From an uncultured Methanosarcinales archaeon (GTDB lineage: Archaea; Nanobdellota; Nanobdellia; Woesearchaeales; DSVV01): a DNA stretch of 64,000 nt. Shown here in pieces: positions 36,792-46,325 of this stretch. The DNA lies in contig CAYVNN010000002.1 in assembly GCA_964453185.1 (NCBI GenBank), positions 55,843 through 119,842 of the forward strand, given 5' to 3'. Made by a program: the position numbers and the translations under genes. The number at the start of each line of letters is the position of its first letter. Position 1 is the stretch's first letter. The notes below the pieces were generated by a model. The model did no database searches and had not been told where the DNA came from. It saw only the letters and a program-made list of their open reading frames with translations.

Positions 36792-38159
36792 ATGAACAGA
36801 AGAACATTATTAGGATTATTAGGAGGAGCTGCATTAAGCTTAGCTGTACCAAGAATGGGCCTAGGTTCTGATCCACAAGATTTCACAATCAATTATGGAA
36901 CATTTGGTTTACATGACAGACAAACAGCTTTCTCATTATGTGATATGATTCAAGCAGAAGGTTCTGATTTTGATGATATAAAAGTTATTGAATGGGAACA
37001 AGGAAGTGAAAAAAGATACTCTGTCGCAATAGATGTAACTGGAACATTTACAGATGTTAGAGACAGAACAAATAATGACGAAGAATCATTAGCACAATTA
37101 ATTGACATGCACAATCCAGAAGGACATGACTTAAGTTTTTTACCTAGTTCTAGATATGATGGAAGAGACGTATACAAAGATGGAAGAGAAATAGTTAGTG
37201 ATTTACAACCAGTACCAACAAGACCACCAACAGGAAGAGTTCTTTACACAGATTTTAGAGATCCAGAATTCGAAAGACAAGTAGAACAAAGATTAACAAA
37301 CATTAGACCAGGTGGATCAAGACATGAAAAAATTACAAAAGGTATCAAAAGAGGATGGAAATATAAAGCATTAATCAGAGATACTGTTATTGCAAAAGGA
37401 CTTGATCCAGAATATGCTGATTTATTTTTCGCATTAATGATTCAAGAATCACTAGGAAATACAAGAGCAAGATCAAGAGCAGGTGCTGCAGGATTATTTC
37501 AAATCATGCCTGGCACAGGAAAAAAGGATCTTGGAATGACTATGAACCAATTCGTAGATTTAAGATATTCAATCAGAACATCAATAGAAAAAGGAATTCA
37601 ATATTTAGAAAAACCATGCCTTACACAAGCACAAGGAGATATAAGAATCGCTCTTGCTGGATATAATGGTGGCCCATATGGACTTGGCGATAAAATAAAA
37701 GATTTTAGAAGAAGAGGAAAATCAATATCATACAATAGCATAATGGCTGGAAGAAATAGTGAAAATAGTGGATACGCACCAGGAATTTATGCAATTCAAG
37801 CATATGTTACAGAACTAAGTTTACCTGATGAAAATGAAGTTGACTTCAGAAAAACTTGGGAAATAGCTACTATAACTCCAGGAAGTAGAGGATTAAAAAT
37901 GAGACTACCAGATGGAACAGAAGTTAATTTTACAGACAGAGCAGGAACAACAAATCTAGACAGATTAGCACAATCATACAATGCTCATGTCAAAAATGAA
38001 ACAGGTTTTGACATGAATACATCATATTTTAATGGAACAATTGGAAGAGAATTTAAAGACATGAATGCCCATGTTAAAAAAGATGGCACATTAGTTTCAG
38101 GAGTACCATATGTAATTTGGGTTCCTAAACCAGATGCTATTCAACAATTAACTAGATAA
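36792..38159 (+). CDS. Tat-secreted lytic transglycosylase (SLT domain) protein
   Basis: Tat-like signal MNRRTLLGLLGGAALSLAVP. ALMIQESLGNTRARSRAGAAGLFQIMPGTG is the SLT catalytic ES...GLxQ signature. The catalytic domain also carries GYNGGPYGL. Confidence 0.75.
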   Translation: MNRRTLLGLLGGAALSLAVPRMGLGSDPQDFTINYGTFGLHDRQTAFSLCDMIQAEGSDFDDIKVIEWEQGSEKRYSVAIDVTGTFTDVRDRTNNDEESLAQLIDMHNPEGHDLSFLPSSRYDGRDVYKDGREIVSDLQPVPTRPPTGRVLYTDFRDPEFERQVEQRLTNIRPGGSRHEKITKGIKRGWKYKALIRDTVIAKGLDPEYADLFFALMIQESLGNTRARSRAGAAGLFQIMPGTGKKDLGMTMNQFVDLRYSIRTSIEKGIQYLEKPCLTQAQGDIRIALAGYNGGPYGLGDKIKDFRRRGKSISYNSIMAGRNSENSGYAPGIYAIQAYVTELSLPDENEVDFRKTWEIATITPGSRGLKMRLPDGTEVNFTDRAGTTNLDRLAQSYNAHVKNETGFDMNTSYFNGTIGREFKDMNAHVKKDGTLVSGVPYVIWVPKPDAIQQLTR

Positions 38160-39260
38160 CTATTTAACTAACTTTAAAACATCTCTAGCTATCATTAATT
38201 CTTCGTTTGTATTGATAACCATTGCTTTAACTTTTGATTCTGGTGTTGTTATAAACAATTTATTCTGTTTATTATTTTTCTTATCTATCTCTAAACCTAA
38301 ATATTCAAAGTTCTTTAACACAGTATCTCTAATATACCATGCATTCTCTCCAATACCTGCTGTAAAAACAATAACATCAACACCACCAAGAACTGCAATA
38401 TATGCACCAATATATTTTATCAACCTATGACAATAAACCTTCATTGCTAATCTTGCATTCTTATCCTTACACCCATCCAATTCTCTCATATCATTACTTA
38501 TTCCAGAAATTCCTTTTAATCCTGAATCAAAATTTAACATATCAATTACTTCATTAACATCTTTTTTCTCTTGTTTAACTAAGTATTGAATTATTCCAGC
38601 ATCAATATCTCCACTTCTTGTTCCCATTACTAAACCTTCTACAGGTGTAAACCCCATTGATGTTTCTCTTGACTTACAACTATCAATTGCACAAACACTA
38701 CTTCCATTACCTAAATGACAACATACTACTTTTAATTTCTCATCACCTAATATCCTCACAATCTCACTAACAATATATCTATAACTAATTCCATGAAAAC
38801 CATATCTTTTAATCTTATGTTTTTCACTTAATTCAAAAGGAATTGCATAAGTACTTGCTTCTTTTTTAATTGAAGTATGAAATGAAGTATCAAAAACAGC
38901 AACTTGTTTTATATTTGGTAATAACTCAATACATGCTTTTATTCCAGTTAAATTATGTGGATTATGAAGAGGAGCCAATGGAACACAATCTTCAATCTTC
39001 TTAATAACATCATCTTTAATAATAACAGACTTAGTTATATCTCCACCATGAACAACCCTGTGTCCGATAGCATTAATATCTTCTAAACATTTCAACTTTT
39101 TACTTTGAATTAATTTATCTAAAGCCATTTGAATAGCTACTTTATGATTCTTAACTTTTTCTCCAACTCTTTCAATTAATCCTCTAACTACTTCTTTATC
39201 ATATCTAAATAAAGCATATTTTAAAGAACTTGAACCACAATTTAAAACTAAAATTTCCAT
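38160..39260 (-). CDS. ackA: acetate (or short-chain acyl) kinase
   Basis: LVLNCGSSSLKY, VVHGG, FDTSFH, HLGNGSS, GTRSGDID motifs. Its start overlaps the pta stop (TAATG). Confidence 0.8.
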   Translation of the reverse strand: MEILVLNCGSSSLKYALFRYDKEVVRGLIERVGEKVKNHKVAIQMALDKLIQSKKLKCLEDINAIGHRVVHGGDITKSVIIKDDVIKKIEDCVPLAPLHNPHNLTGIKACIELLPNIKQVAVFDTSFHTSIKKEASTYAIPFELSEKHKIKRYGFHGISYRYIVSEIVRILGDEKLKVVCCHLGNGSSVCAIDSCKSRETSMGFTPVEGLVMGTRSGDIDAGIIQYLVKQEKKDVNEVIDMLNFDSGLKGISGISNDMRELDGCKDKNARLAMKVYCHRLIKYIGAYIAVLGGVDVIVFTAGIGENAWYIRDTVLKNFEYLGLEIDKKNNKQNKLFITTPESKVKAMVINTNEELMIARDVLKLVK

Positions 39261-40243
39261 TAAAAATCACCTTGTGCTTGTACAGTTGTAATTGCAACAA
39301 GATCAACAATATCTTGTACATCACAACCACGACTTAAATCATTAATTGGTTTTCTTAAACCTTGTAAAATTGGACCAACAGCTCTTGCTTTTGCTAATCT
39401 TTGCACTAACTTATACGCAACATTACCAGAATTAAGATCAGGAAAGATTAACACATTTGCTTTTCCCATGATTTTACTTTTAGGAAACTTAATCTTACAA
39501 ACTTCAGGTACTAATGCGGCATCAACCTGCATCTCTCCTTCTATCAATAGTTTCGGATTCAAGTGTTTCGCAATCTCTGTTGCTTCTTTTACTTTATCAA
39601 CTAAAGGATGCTTAGCCGATCCGGCTGTTGAAAAAGATAACATTGCAATCTTTGGTTTAATTCCAAAAGCCTTTGCTGTATTTGCTGTGTCTAAAGCAAT
39701 ATCAGCCAAGTCTTTTGCATCAGGTTCAATAACAACTGCAGAATCTGCAAAGATTAAAAATCTATCATGTAAACCCATTAAAAATAATCCACTAACTTTT
39801 CTAAACATCTTCTTTGTTCCAATAATTTGAACAGCTGCTCTGATTGTATCTGCAGTTGGATGGGTTGCTCCAGCAACTAAACCATCTGCAACATTATTTT
39901 TGACAAGCATTGTTCCAAAATAAATAGGATCAACCATTACTTGTTTAGCTTTTTTCAATGTCATACCTTTTGCTTTCCTTAATTCATAATATTCCTTAAC
40001 ATACTTATCAAAATCAACATATTCCTTTGGATTAAGGATAATAACATTATCTAAACAAATCTTATTCTTCTTAACATTCTTCAAAATATCATCTGCTTTT
40101 CCAATAAGAATAACCTTTGCTATCTTTTGTTTAGTAATCTTAACAGCAGCTTTCAATATCCTTAGATCATTAGACTCAGGCAAAACAATAGTCTTAACAT
40201 CTTTCTTAGCTTTATCCTTAATTTCTTTTAATAACTTTAACAT
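39260..40243 (-). CDS. pta: phosphate acetyltransferase (PTA_PTB family)
   Basis: C-terminal QGLRKPINDLSRGCDVQDIVDLVAITTVQAQ and GPILQG-type motifs; pta-ackA gene order. Confidence 0.8.
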   Translation of the reverse strand: MLKLLKEIKDKAKKDVKTIVLPESNDLRILKAAVKITKQKIAKVILIGKADDILKNVKKNKICLDNVIILNPKEYVDFDKYVKEYYELRKAKGMTLKKAKQVMVDPIYFGTMLVKNNVADGLVAGATHPTADTIRAAVQIIGTKKMFRKVSGLFLMGLHDRFLIFADSAVVIEPDAKDLADIALDTANTAKAFGIKPKIAMLSFSTAGSAKHPLVDKVKEATEIAKHLNPKLLIEGEMQVDAALVPEVCKIKFPKSKIMGKANVLIFPDLNSGNVAYKLVQRLAKARAVGPILQGLRKPINDLSRGCDVQDIVDLVAITTVQAQGDF

Positions 40244-40298
40244 ATAATCACCACATACGAATAAAATTAGAAATATATACTTATAAAGGTTATGGAAT

Positions 40299-41333
40299 TC
40301 ACAATTGACTCTTTAAATTCTCTATAAACCTATCAAAATCATTCAACTTAATACATGCACCGCATGCATGCATATGTCCACCACCATAACCTTCAACATC
40401 TTTCAATGCACTTTCAATCAATGGCGGAATATCTAAATCTGAAGATCTTAAACTACATTTCATTTCTCCTGACTTTTCTCTACCTATAATAATTAACTTA
40501 CCAGGATATTTATACAATAATTCATTTGATAGATCAGAAGTAAATGACATTGTTTTTTCAGTATATGTAAACATAACAATATTTCCCTTAACATTATCTT
40601 CACCTATTGAATTTATCAAAGGTTCATATTCATTATTAACTTTCTTAAAACGTTTATACAAATACTTTCCTTGTGATGTGGTTTTCTCCATAATTTCCAT
40701 TGGATCTTTTATTCTTGTCAAAACCTTTACACAAGACAAAACATCTTTTGTACTTCCCTTCAAAACAAAAGAAAAAATTCTGCATAATTTTCCTAATGGA
40801 CTGTTATACAAAAGTTCTTCTGGTTTTTTAGAAACCTTTGGTAATAATTTAGGATATTTTTTCTTAAACTCATCAATAAATTCTGGAACAAACCAATCTG
40901 AAACACAACCAACAGTTGAAATCCACATTTCTTCTTCATCTTTTATAACTTTATATGCCCAATAAGAAGTTGGTCTATTATCTTCATCATCTTTAAGTCT
41001 AGGATTAAAATATTCAACCCTCTCAACATCCTGTGGTTGATGATGATCTAACCATACAATTGGTAAATTAATTGCATCAATAAAATCCTGATTAATCCTT
41101 GGCTTATCTAAAACAAATATTTTATCCGGTTCATAACTTTCAACAGACCTAACAAACATCTTACTTAATTCAGGTGTTGATTTAACTACAACACCCCTTC
41201 CTTCTTGTTTATTTCTATAAAATAATAAGAATGAACATAATCCATCTGGATCATCATCAAAGAAATATATTGGTCTGGCACAATTATCAAGATGATCTTT
41301 AATTTTCATTAAATTCTTAGTCAATATTGCCAT
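40299..41333 (-). CDS. DHH/DHHA1 phosphoesterase (RecJ/NrnA-like)
   Basis: DxD motif FFDDDPDG, DHH motif WLDHHQP and DHHA1 GGGHMHACGA. Confidence 0.65.
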   Translation of the reverse strand: MAILTKNLMKIKDHLDNCARPIYFFDDDPDGLCSFLLFYRNKQEGRGVVVKSTPELSKMFVRSVESYEPDKIFVLDKPRINQDFIDAINLPIVWLDHHQPQDVERVEYFNPRLKDDEDNRPTSYWAYKVIKDEEEMWISTVGCVSDWFVPEFIDEFKKKYPKLLPKVSKKPEELLYNSPLGKLCRIFSFVLKGSTKDVLSCVKVLTRIKDPMEIMEKTTSQGKYLYKRFKKVNNEYEPLINSIGEDNVKGNIVMFTYTEKTMSFTSDLSNELLYKYPGKLIIIGREKSGEMKCSLRSSDLDIPPLIESALKDVEGYGGGHMHACGACIKLNDFDRFIENLKSQL

Positions 41334-41416
41334 TAAACAACGATATAAACAACTCCTTAAAAAGGTTGTGATTTAAAACTAATAAACTATTTAACCAAAC
41401 AAACCTTCCCATTTTC

Positions 41417-42610
41417 ATGAATATACAATGTGTTAAATGTAAAGGTAGAAAGCTTTGCGGTAGATCATTCTGTCCGATTCAAACAAAACTAGCTTCTCAG
41501 AAACAATCAAACACAAAGTTTAAACAAGACTTTTTTGGAGACACGCCTAATGTATTTGTTGGGCACTATGGATATCCTAATATCAATGTTGGATTATTAG
41601 CTACAGAAGAATACAATAATCATGATAACCCAAAAGAATGGTCAAAAGAAAATTACACAATTCCAAAAATAATTAATCTAAGAACAGAAATGATTAATTC
41701 AAATTTTAAAACAAACATTAAGTCATTCAAAGATCGTTTTATGGAACTTAGCCAAGAAGTCTCATTATCTACAAAACCAGTTGATATGGAAATTAATTTA
41801 GAAAGAAAACCACAATTCAAACTAACACTTAACCAAGACACTGCACCACACGGACCAAATGTAAAATTAAAAAAAGCACAGATAACTGAAAACCCAAAAA
41901 TACCACACAAAGTAGACAAAATTGTAAGTGATTATGATATAAAAGCAGCAGGTGCAATAGACACATTATACAAAAAAGGTTTTGATGAACAATACTTAAC
42001 AAAAATAATCAGTGTAGGAAATTTAGGTGTTAAAACACAAAGAATTCTTGTTCCAACTAGATGGAGTTTAACAGCTGTCGACGACATAATTGGAAAAAAA
42101 TTAATTGAAAAAATAAAAACATTTGATACTTCACCATACAAAACTTTCTTCGGAGGATTCCTAGGTAATTACTACCTTATCCTAATGTTTGAATCAGAAT
42201 GGAACTATGAACTATTTGAAACAGTTATGGGAGAAAAGATAAGCTTTGCAACAGACTTTGAAAGTTATAGAGGAAGAAAAAACTATGCATCACAAACAGC
42301 AGGAGGATATTATGCTTGTCGATTAGCAATATTAGAAAAACTAAAACAGATAAAAAAACAATCTGGTGTCTTAGCATTAAGATTTATTAATCCAAAAGAA
42401 TATGTAGCTCCGCTTGGTGTGTGGGTATGTAGAGAAGCAACAAGAAAATCATTAGAATCAAAAGCAATTGAATTTTCATCTAAAGAATTAATGTTAACAT
42501 ATGCAAAGCATTTAATTAAGAAAAAGTTTAACATTGACATAAACATATTATTAAAAAACAGTAAATTATTAGATCAAATAAAAAATCAGAAAAGATTAAC
42601 TGAATTCTAA
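41417..42610 (+). CDS. NreA-like (archaeal Nre family) DNA-repair-associated protein
   Basis: N-terminal Cys cluster CVKCKGRKLCGRSFCP, then PNVFVGHYGYPNINVG. The overall 397-aa architecture resembles Nre_N/Nre_C. Confidence 0.45.
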   Translation: MNIQCVKCKGRKLCGRSFCPIQTKLASQKQSNTKFKQDFFGDTPNVFVGHYGYPNINVGLLATEEYNNHDNPKEWSKENYTIPKIINLRTEMINSNFKTNIKSFKDRFMELSQEVSLSTKPVDMEINLERKPQFKLTLNQDTAPHGPNVKLKKAQITENPKIPHKVDKIVSDYDIKAAGAIDTLYKKGFDEQYLTKIISVGNLGVKTQRILVPTRWSLTAVDDIIGKKLIEKIKTFDTSPYKTFFGGFLGNYYLILMFESEWNYELFETVMGEKISFATDFESYRGRKNYASQTAGGYYACRLAILEKLKQIKKQSGVLALRFINPKEYVAPLGVWVCREATRKSLESKAIEFSSKELMLTYAKHLIKKKFNIDINILLKNSKLLDQIKNQKRLTEF

Positions 42611-42652
42611 AAACAATTACATTTATATACCACAAACTATTCTTTCGAGGAT

Positions 42653-43738
42653 ATGAAAGGATTAGGTATAACAATCAAAGGTTTTGAAGAAATCAGCTCT
42701 AAAGAAGTCAAAGAATTGATCAAAACAGACTGTAAAATAGAAGAACATATTGTAATCTTTGAAACTAAACAAAAAGATCTTTGTAAATTAGCATACATGT
42801 CACAAAGTTTAATTAAAGTTATAGAATTATTAAAACAATTCAAAATAACAGATAATATAAAAGAAAAAGTTCAAAAAATTGATTGGAAGAAAATAATTAA
42901 AGACAAATCATTCAAAGTTAGATGTAAAAGACTTGGTAAACATGACTTTACAAGTCAAGAAATGCAAGGACAAATTGGCGAATATGTTTTAGACAAACAT
43001 AAAGCAAAAGTTTGCATGGATTCTCCTGATTTAATCATTTATTTATTCATAAACAATGAAAATTGTTATTTAGGTATTGATTATTGTGGATTTGATCTAA
43101 GTAAAAGAGATTATAAAATATTTAGTCATGCATGTTCACTAAATGGTGCAGTTGCATATGGATTAATAAAATATACAGGATACAATAAAAAAGGTTTTGT
43201 ACTTGATCCATTCTCAGGAATTGGAACAATACCTATTGAAACTGCATTCTTTTCATTAAACAAAAGCATTAATTTCTATAAAAAAGATAAATTTGCATTT
43301 AATAACTTTGTTGACATTGATTTATCTAAATTTGACAAAGAAAACAAACACAAAGATAAAATAATTGGTTATGATATATTATTAAGAAATATAGCAGCTT
43401 CAAAGAAAAATGCAAAGATTGGTGGTGTTAATAAAACAGTGGGTTTTTCTAGAATTGAAGTCGAATGGCTAGATACTAAATTTAAAGAACATGAGGTTGA
43501 TTTTATAATAACACATCCTCCAATTGATTCAAAAATAATTTCTGAAAAAGAAATTGAAAAAATATACAAAGAATTCTTTTACCAAGCAGACTATGTTCTC
43601 TCAAAAGGAGGAAGAATTGGAATATTATCAACAAAAGATAAACTCCTTAAGAAATGCACAGACAAATTTAAACTTGAAAAAGAAACAGAAGTAATGCAAG
43701 GCAAACAGAAGTTAAAGGTTTTAGTTTTTAAAAGATAA
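42653..43738 (+). CDS. THUMP-domain class I SAM-dependent tRNA (guanine-N2) methyltransferase (Trm14/TrmN-like)
   Basis: N-terminal ferredoxin-like/THUMP region, then the VLDPFSGIGTIPIE SAM-binding motif and a DPPY-like ITHPPID motif. Confidence 0.65.
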   Translation: MKGLGITIKGFEEISSKEVKELIKTDCKIEEHIVIFETKQKDLCKLAYMSQSLIKVIELLKQFKITDNIKEKVQKIDWKKIIKDKSFKVRCKRLGKHDFTSQEMQGQIGEYVLDKHKAKVCMDSPDLIIYLFINNENCYLGIDYCGFDLSKRDYKIFSHACSLNGAVAYGLIKYTGYNKKGFVLDPFSGIGTIPIETAFFSLNKSINFYKKDKFAFNNFVDIDLSKFDKENKHKDKIIGYDILLRNIAASKKNAKIGGVNKTVGFSRIEVEWLDTKFKEHEVDFIITHPPIDSKIISEKEIEKIYKEFFYQADYVLSKGGRIGILSTKDKLLKKCTDKFKLEKETEVMQGKQKLKVLVFKR

Positions 43739-43740
43739 TA

Positions 43741-43847
43741 TTAACACCACCACCTTGACTCTGTATTGGATAATCCACAAGATCGCACTAAAAGTCGCGT
43801 TGCGTTATTCTAACTTTACTAAGAGCTAGAGTCGCTGTTGGCGTTAA
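43741..43847. repeat. structured inverted-repeat element, copy F
   Basis: TTAACACCACCACCTTGACTCTGTAT ... CTAGAGTCGCTGTTGGCGTTAA. Begins 3 nt after the stop of 42653..43738. The terminal stem pairs better when read from the minus strand (G-U instead of A-C). Confidence 0.65.
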
Positions 43848-43859
43848 TTTAAAGAAATC

Positions 43860-44580
43860 TTAAGCAGCATATCTTCTAACATGTTCTAATGCCTTAGGTA
43901 AATGATCTACAATATCTGCTTTTTGATATGTTCTAACAGCATTTCTCTCAAAACTAGGTGTACTTGGTTTTGCTGCTAACATAATTCGCATTCCTATCTG
44001 AGCAGGCAATGCTAAATCCATCTCATAAATATCTCCAATAACAAGAACATTATGTGGCTTAAGTCCTTTTTTTCTCATTAATCTAGTCAAAGTATTCCAA
44101 TATAATTTTCGTCTTAAATAAACATCTCTTTCATAACCAACAGGCCGGATAGATTCATCAACACCATACCAACCTAGATCTAAAGCATTTTTTCTTGCAT
44201 TTCCTACAACAGGAATACTTGTATACTTATCACCTAACATAGCTAATTTTCTTTCCACACCTGCTATTCTAGAATTTGTAACAATAACAACATCATGCAG
44301 GAACAACAATTCTTCCATGCTCTTTCCAACCATAATTAAAAGGATTCTCTCTAACAATCCTTTCCATTCTGCTCCATCTTTGATCAAACTCTTGTTGACT
44401 TATTCCTAATGCTTCTTTAAAATCATCTTTAAAAGCAGGAACATAAGGAGCTGTTTCCTTAAAAACATCAGTCAAAGTTCCATCAAAATCAAGAACAACT
44501 AATCTAATTCCCTCAACAGAACCTACTATCGGAACTCCTCTTCTCAATCTAGCATCCATTAATCTTGTTAATCTACTCAT
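43860..44580 (-). pseudogene. HAD-family hydrolase split by a frameshift into two overlapping ORFs (44293..44580 and 43860..44387)
   Basis: The upstream ORF carries motif I VVLDFDGTLTD. The downstream ORF carries motif IV VLVIGDIYEMDLALPAQIGMRIML. The two frames overlap by about 95 nt. Confidence 0.55.
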
Positions 44581-44632
44581 ATTAAGAAAGAGTTCTAGTT
44601 TAGTTTAAAAAAATTGTTAAAAAAAGAAAAAA

Positions 44633-45175
44633 TTAAAGTTGGAAATCACTTGGACCAATTACTATTTGTCTCTGTGCAACTCCATCATCTGGTGAAGTTA
44701 CTATATTATTTAGTGTATATCCAATCCAGTTATCCATTGAATTAACATCTGCTGAACCAACACCAACAGTATCACTACTATACCCTGATCTGTAACATTT
44801 TCCAGACGCATCTAATGATGTAAAATATCTTCCATCACCTGGAAGATCTAATACTACTACATCATCTGATGTAACACCATTATTATGCCAGTCTATATAA
44901 GCAACCTGTGCTAATCTTCCTTCAACAACTTTTGTTTCCTTTGCTACATACGGACTAAACTTACCCTCAGGAACATCAATACCATAGTCTTTCTTGATTT
45001 GATCTGGTGACATATATACTTTTAGACCTGAATCCTCAGCATATTGAGCTAATTCTGTTTTTGCTCCATAATCCATTGTAGGCTCTTCTGCTGCCCATCC
45101 ATCCATAGGCATTATAACTCTCGCAACTGTTCCTAAAACAACCGCTCCTTTTTTTAATTTTAATTCTAAACTCAT
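44633..45175 (-). CDS. hypothetical beta-rich protein (180 aa)
   Basis: No recognisable motif; weakly hydrophobic N-terminus. Confidence 0.35.
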   Translation of the reverse strand: MSLELKLKKGAVVLGTVARVIMPMDGWAAEEPTMDYGAKTELAQYAEDSGLKVYMSPDQIKKDYGIDVPEGKFSPYVAKETKVVEGRLAQVAYIDWHNNGVTSDDVVVLDLPGDGRYFTSLDASGKCYRSGYSSDTVGVGSADVNSMDNWIGYTLNNIVTSPDDGVAQRQIVIGPSDFQL

Positions 45176-45360
45176 TTTATATCAATCCTCCAAGATTTGT
45201 TTTTTGATTATCAACTCTTTTTGTCATATCAATAAGTATAACCGCCAGAGATATAAAACTACCCAATTAAAATCCGGTCAAATCTAAAAAAGAAGGCAAA
45301 TTAATCTAAATAAGTAGCAGAAATAACAAATTAAACTAACACTTGCAACAATCACAAATA

Positions 45361-45406
45361 TTATTTACCACTTAAAAGTAACGTAAAAAACAAAACATTT
45401 ATAACT
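45361..45406 (+). promoter_or_regulatory. conserved upstream element + BRE/TATA (TTATTTACCACTTAAAAGTAACGTAAAAAACAAAACATTTATAACT) for the cyclase gene
   Basis: Paralogous to 36711..36756. The TATA box lies about 22 nt before the ATG at 45428, which implies a leaderless transcript. Confidence 0.5.
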
Positions 45407-45427
45407 AGAAAACCATCTCCAACACAT

Positions 45428-46120
45428 ATGAACACTAAAACAGATGAAAATACTAAGACAAAAGTCGTTATGTTTGTAGATATTACTAATTATTCTAAAA
45501 AAACATCAAATATAAGCAAACAAGACCTAATCGAATTACATGACATATTTGATGGCTTCTGTATACCTAATTTTGAAGCATTTACAGGCAGAATCATCAA
45601 GAAAATAGGAGATGCATTCTTAGTAACCTTTGAGAATCCAACAGACGCAGTAATGTGCGGAATTGAATTACAGAAATCATTTCACAATCACAATAAAAAA
45701 ATAAGAAGAACAAGACCTAAAAATCAAATCAGAGTTAGAGTCGCACTCCACATGGGAGAAGTTACATATAGAAAAGGAGATATCTATGGTGACACAGTTA
45801 ACACTACAGCTCGTCTAGAAGCCTTATGTAAACCAGGACAAGTAGTATTTAGTGGATCAGTATATTCTGCAATGGAAAGAAACGGAATAGGTATTGTCCA
45901 TTTAGGTTTAAGAAAATTAAAAGGAATGAAATATCCAGTACAAGCATTTAGAATCAGAACCAAAGTAGACGACAGAATCATCAAGATTAAGAAAAGAAAG
46001 AAATCATATACAAAATTTAAACAAAGAATCAGTGCCAGTATATTATTACTTATTTCACTAATAGCTGGAGCAGCTTCTGTTGCTATTATTCTATATTATC
46101 TATTTAGTACAGTTTTATAA
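45428..46120 (+). CDS. class III nucleotidyl (adenylate/guanylate-type) cyclase with a C-terminal TM anchor
   Basis: VVMFVDITNYS (metal-binding Asp), IGDAFLVTF, GDTVNTTARLE and a C-terminal ILLLISLIAGAASVAIILYYLF helix. Confidence 0.7.
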   Translation: MNTKTDENTKTKVVMFVDITNYSKKTSNISKQDLIELHDIFDGFCIPNFEAFTGRIIKKIGDAFLVTFENPTDAVMCGIELQKSFHNHNKKIRRTRPKNQIRVRVALHMGEVTYRKGDIYGDTVNTTARLEALCKPGQVVFSGSVYSAMERNGIGIVHLGLRKLKGMKYPVQAFRIRTKVDDRIIKIKKRKKSYTKFKQRISASILLLISLIAGAASVAIILYYLFSTVL

Positions 46121-46132
46121 GCAAATAATTTG

Positions 46133-46242
46133 GCATTTGTACTAGCACCTTGACTCACTATTAAATAATACAGCGAAAGCGCTAAAAGTCTTATACGTAC
46201 AGAAAAACATACATTGTATCAGAGTCGTCCTAGTACAAATGC
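46133..46242. repeat. structured inverted-repeat element, copy G
   Basis: GCATTTGTACTAGCACCTTGACTCACTAT ... TATCAGAGTCGTCCTAGTACAAATGC. The terminal stem is a perfect 13-bp helix with a sequence unrelated to the other copies. Begins 13 nt after the cyclase stop. Confidence 0.75.
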
Positions 46243-46325
46243 AATTTATAACCAAGGCAGCAGCATTACTACATTAGTAGATAATATAGGAAAAATTAAT
46301 AAACTTTGTATAATTATTTACATTA

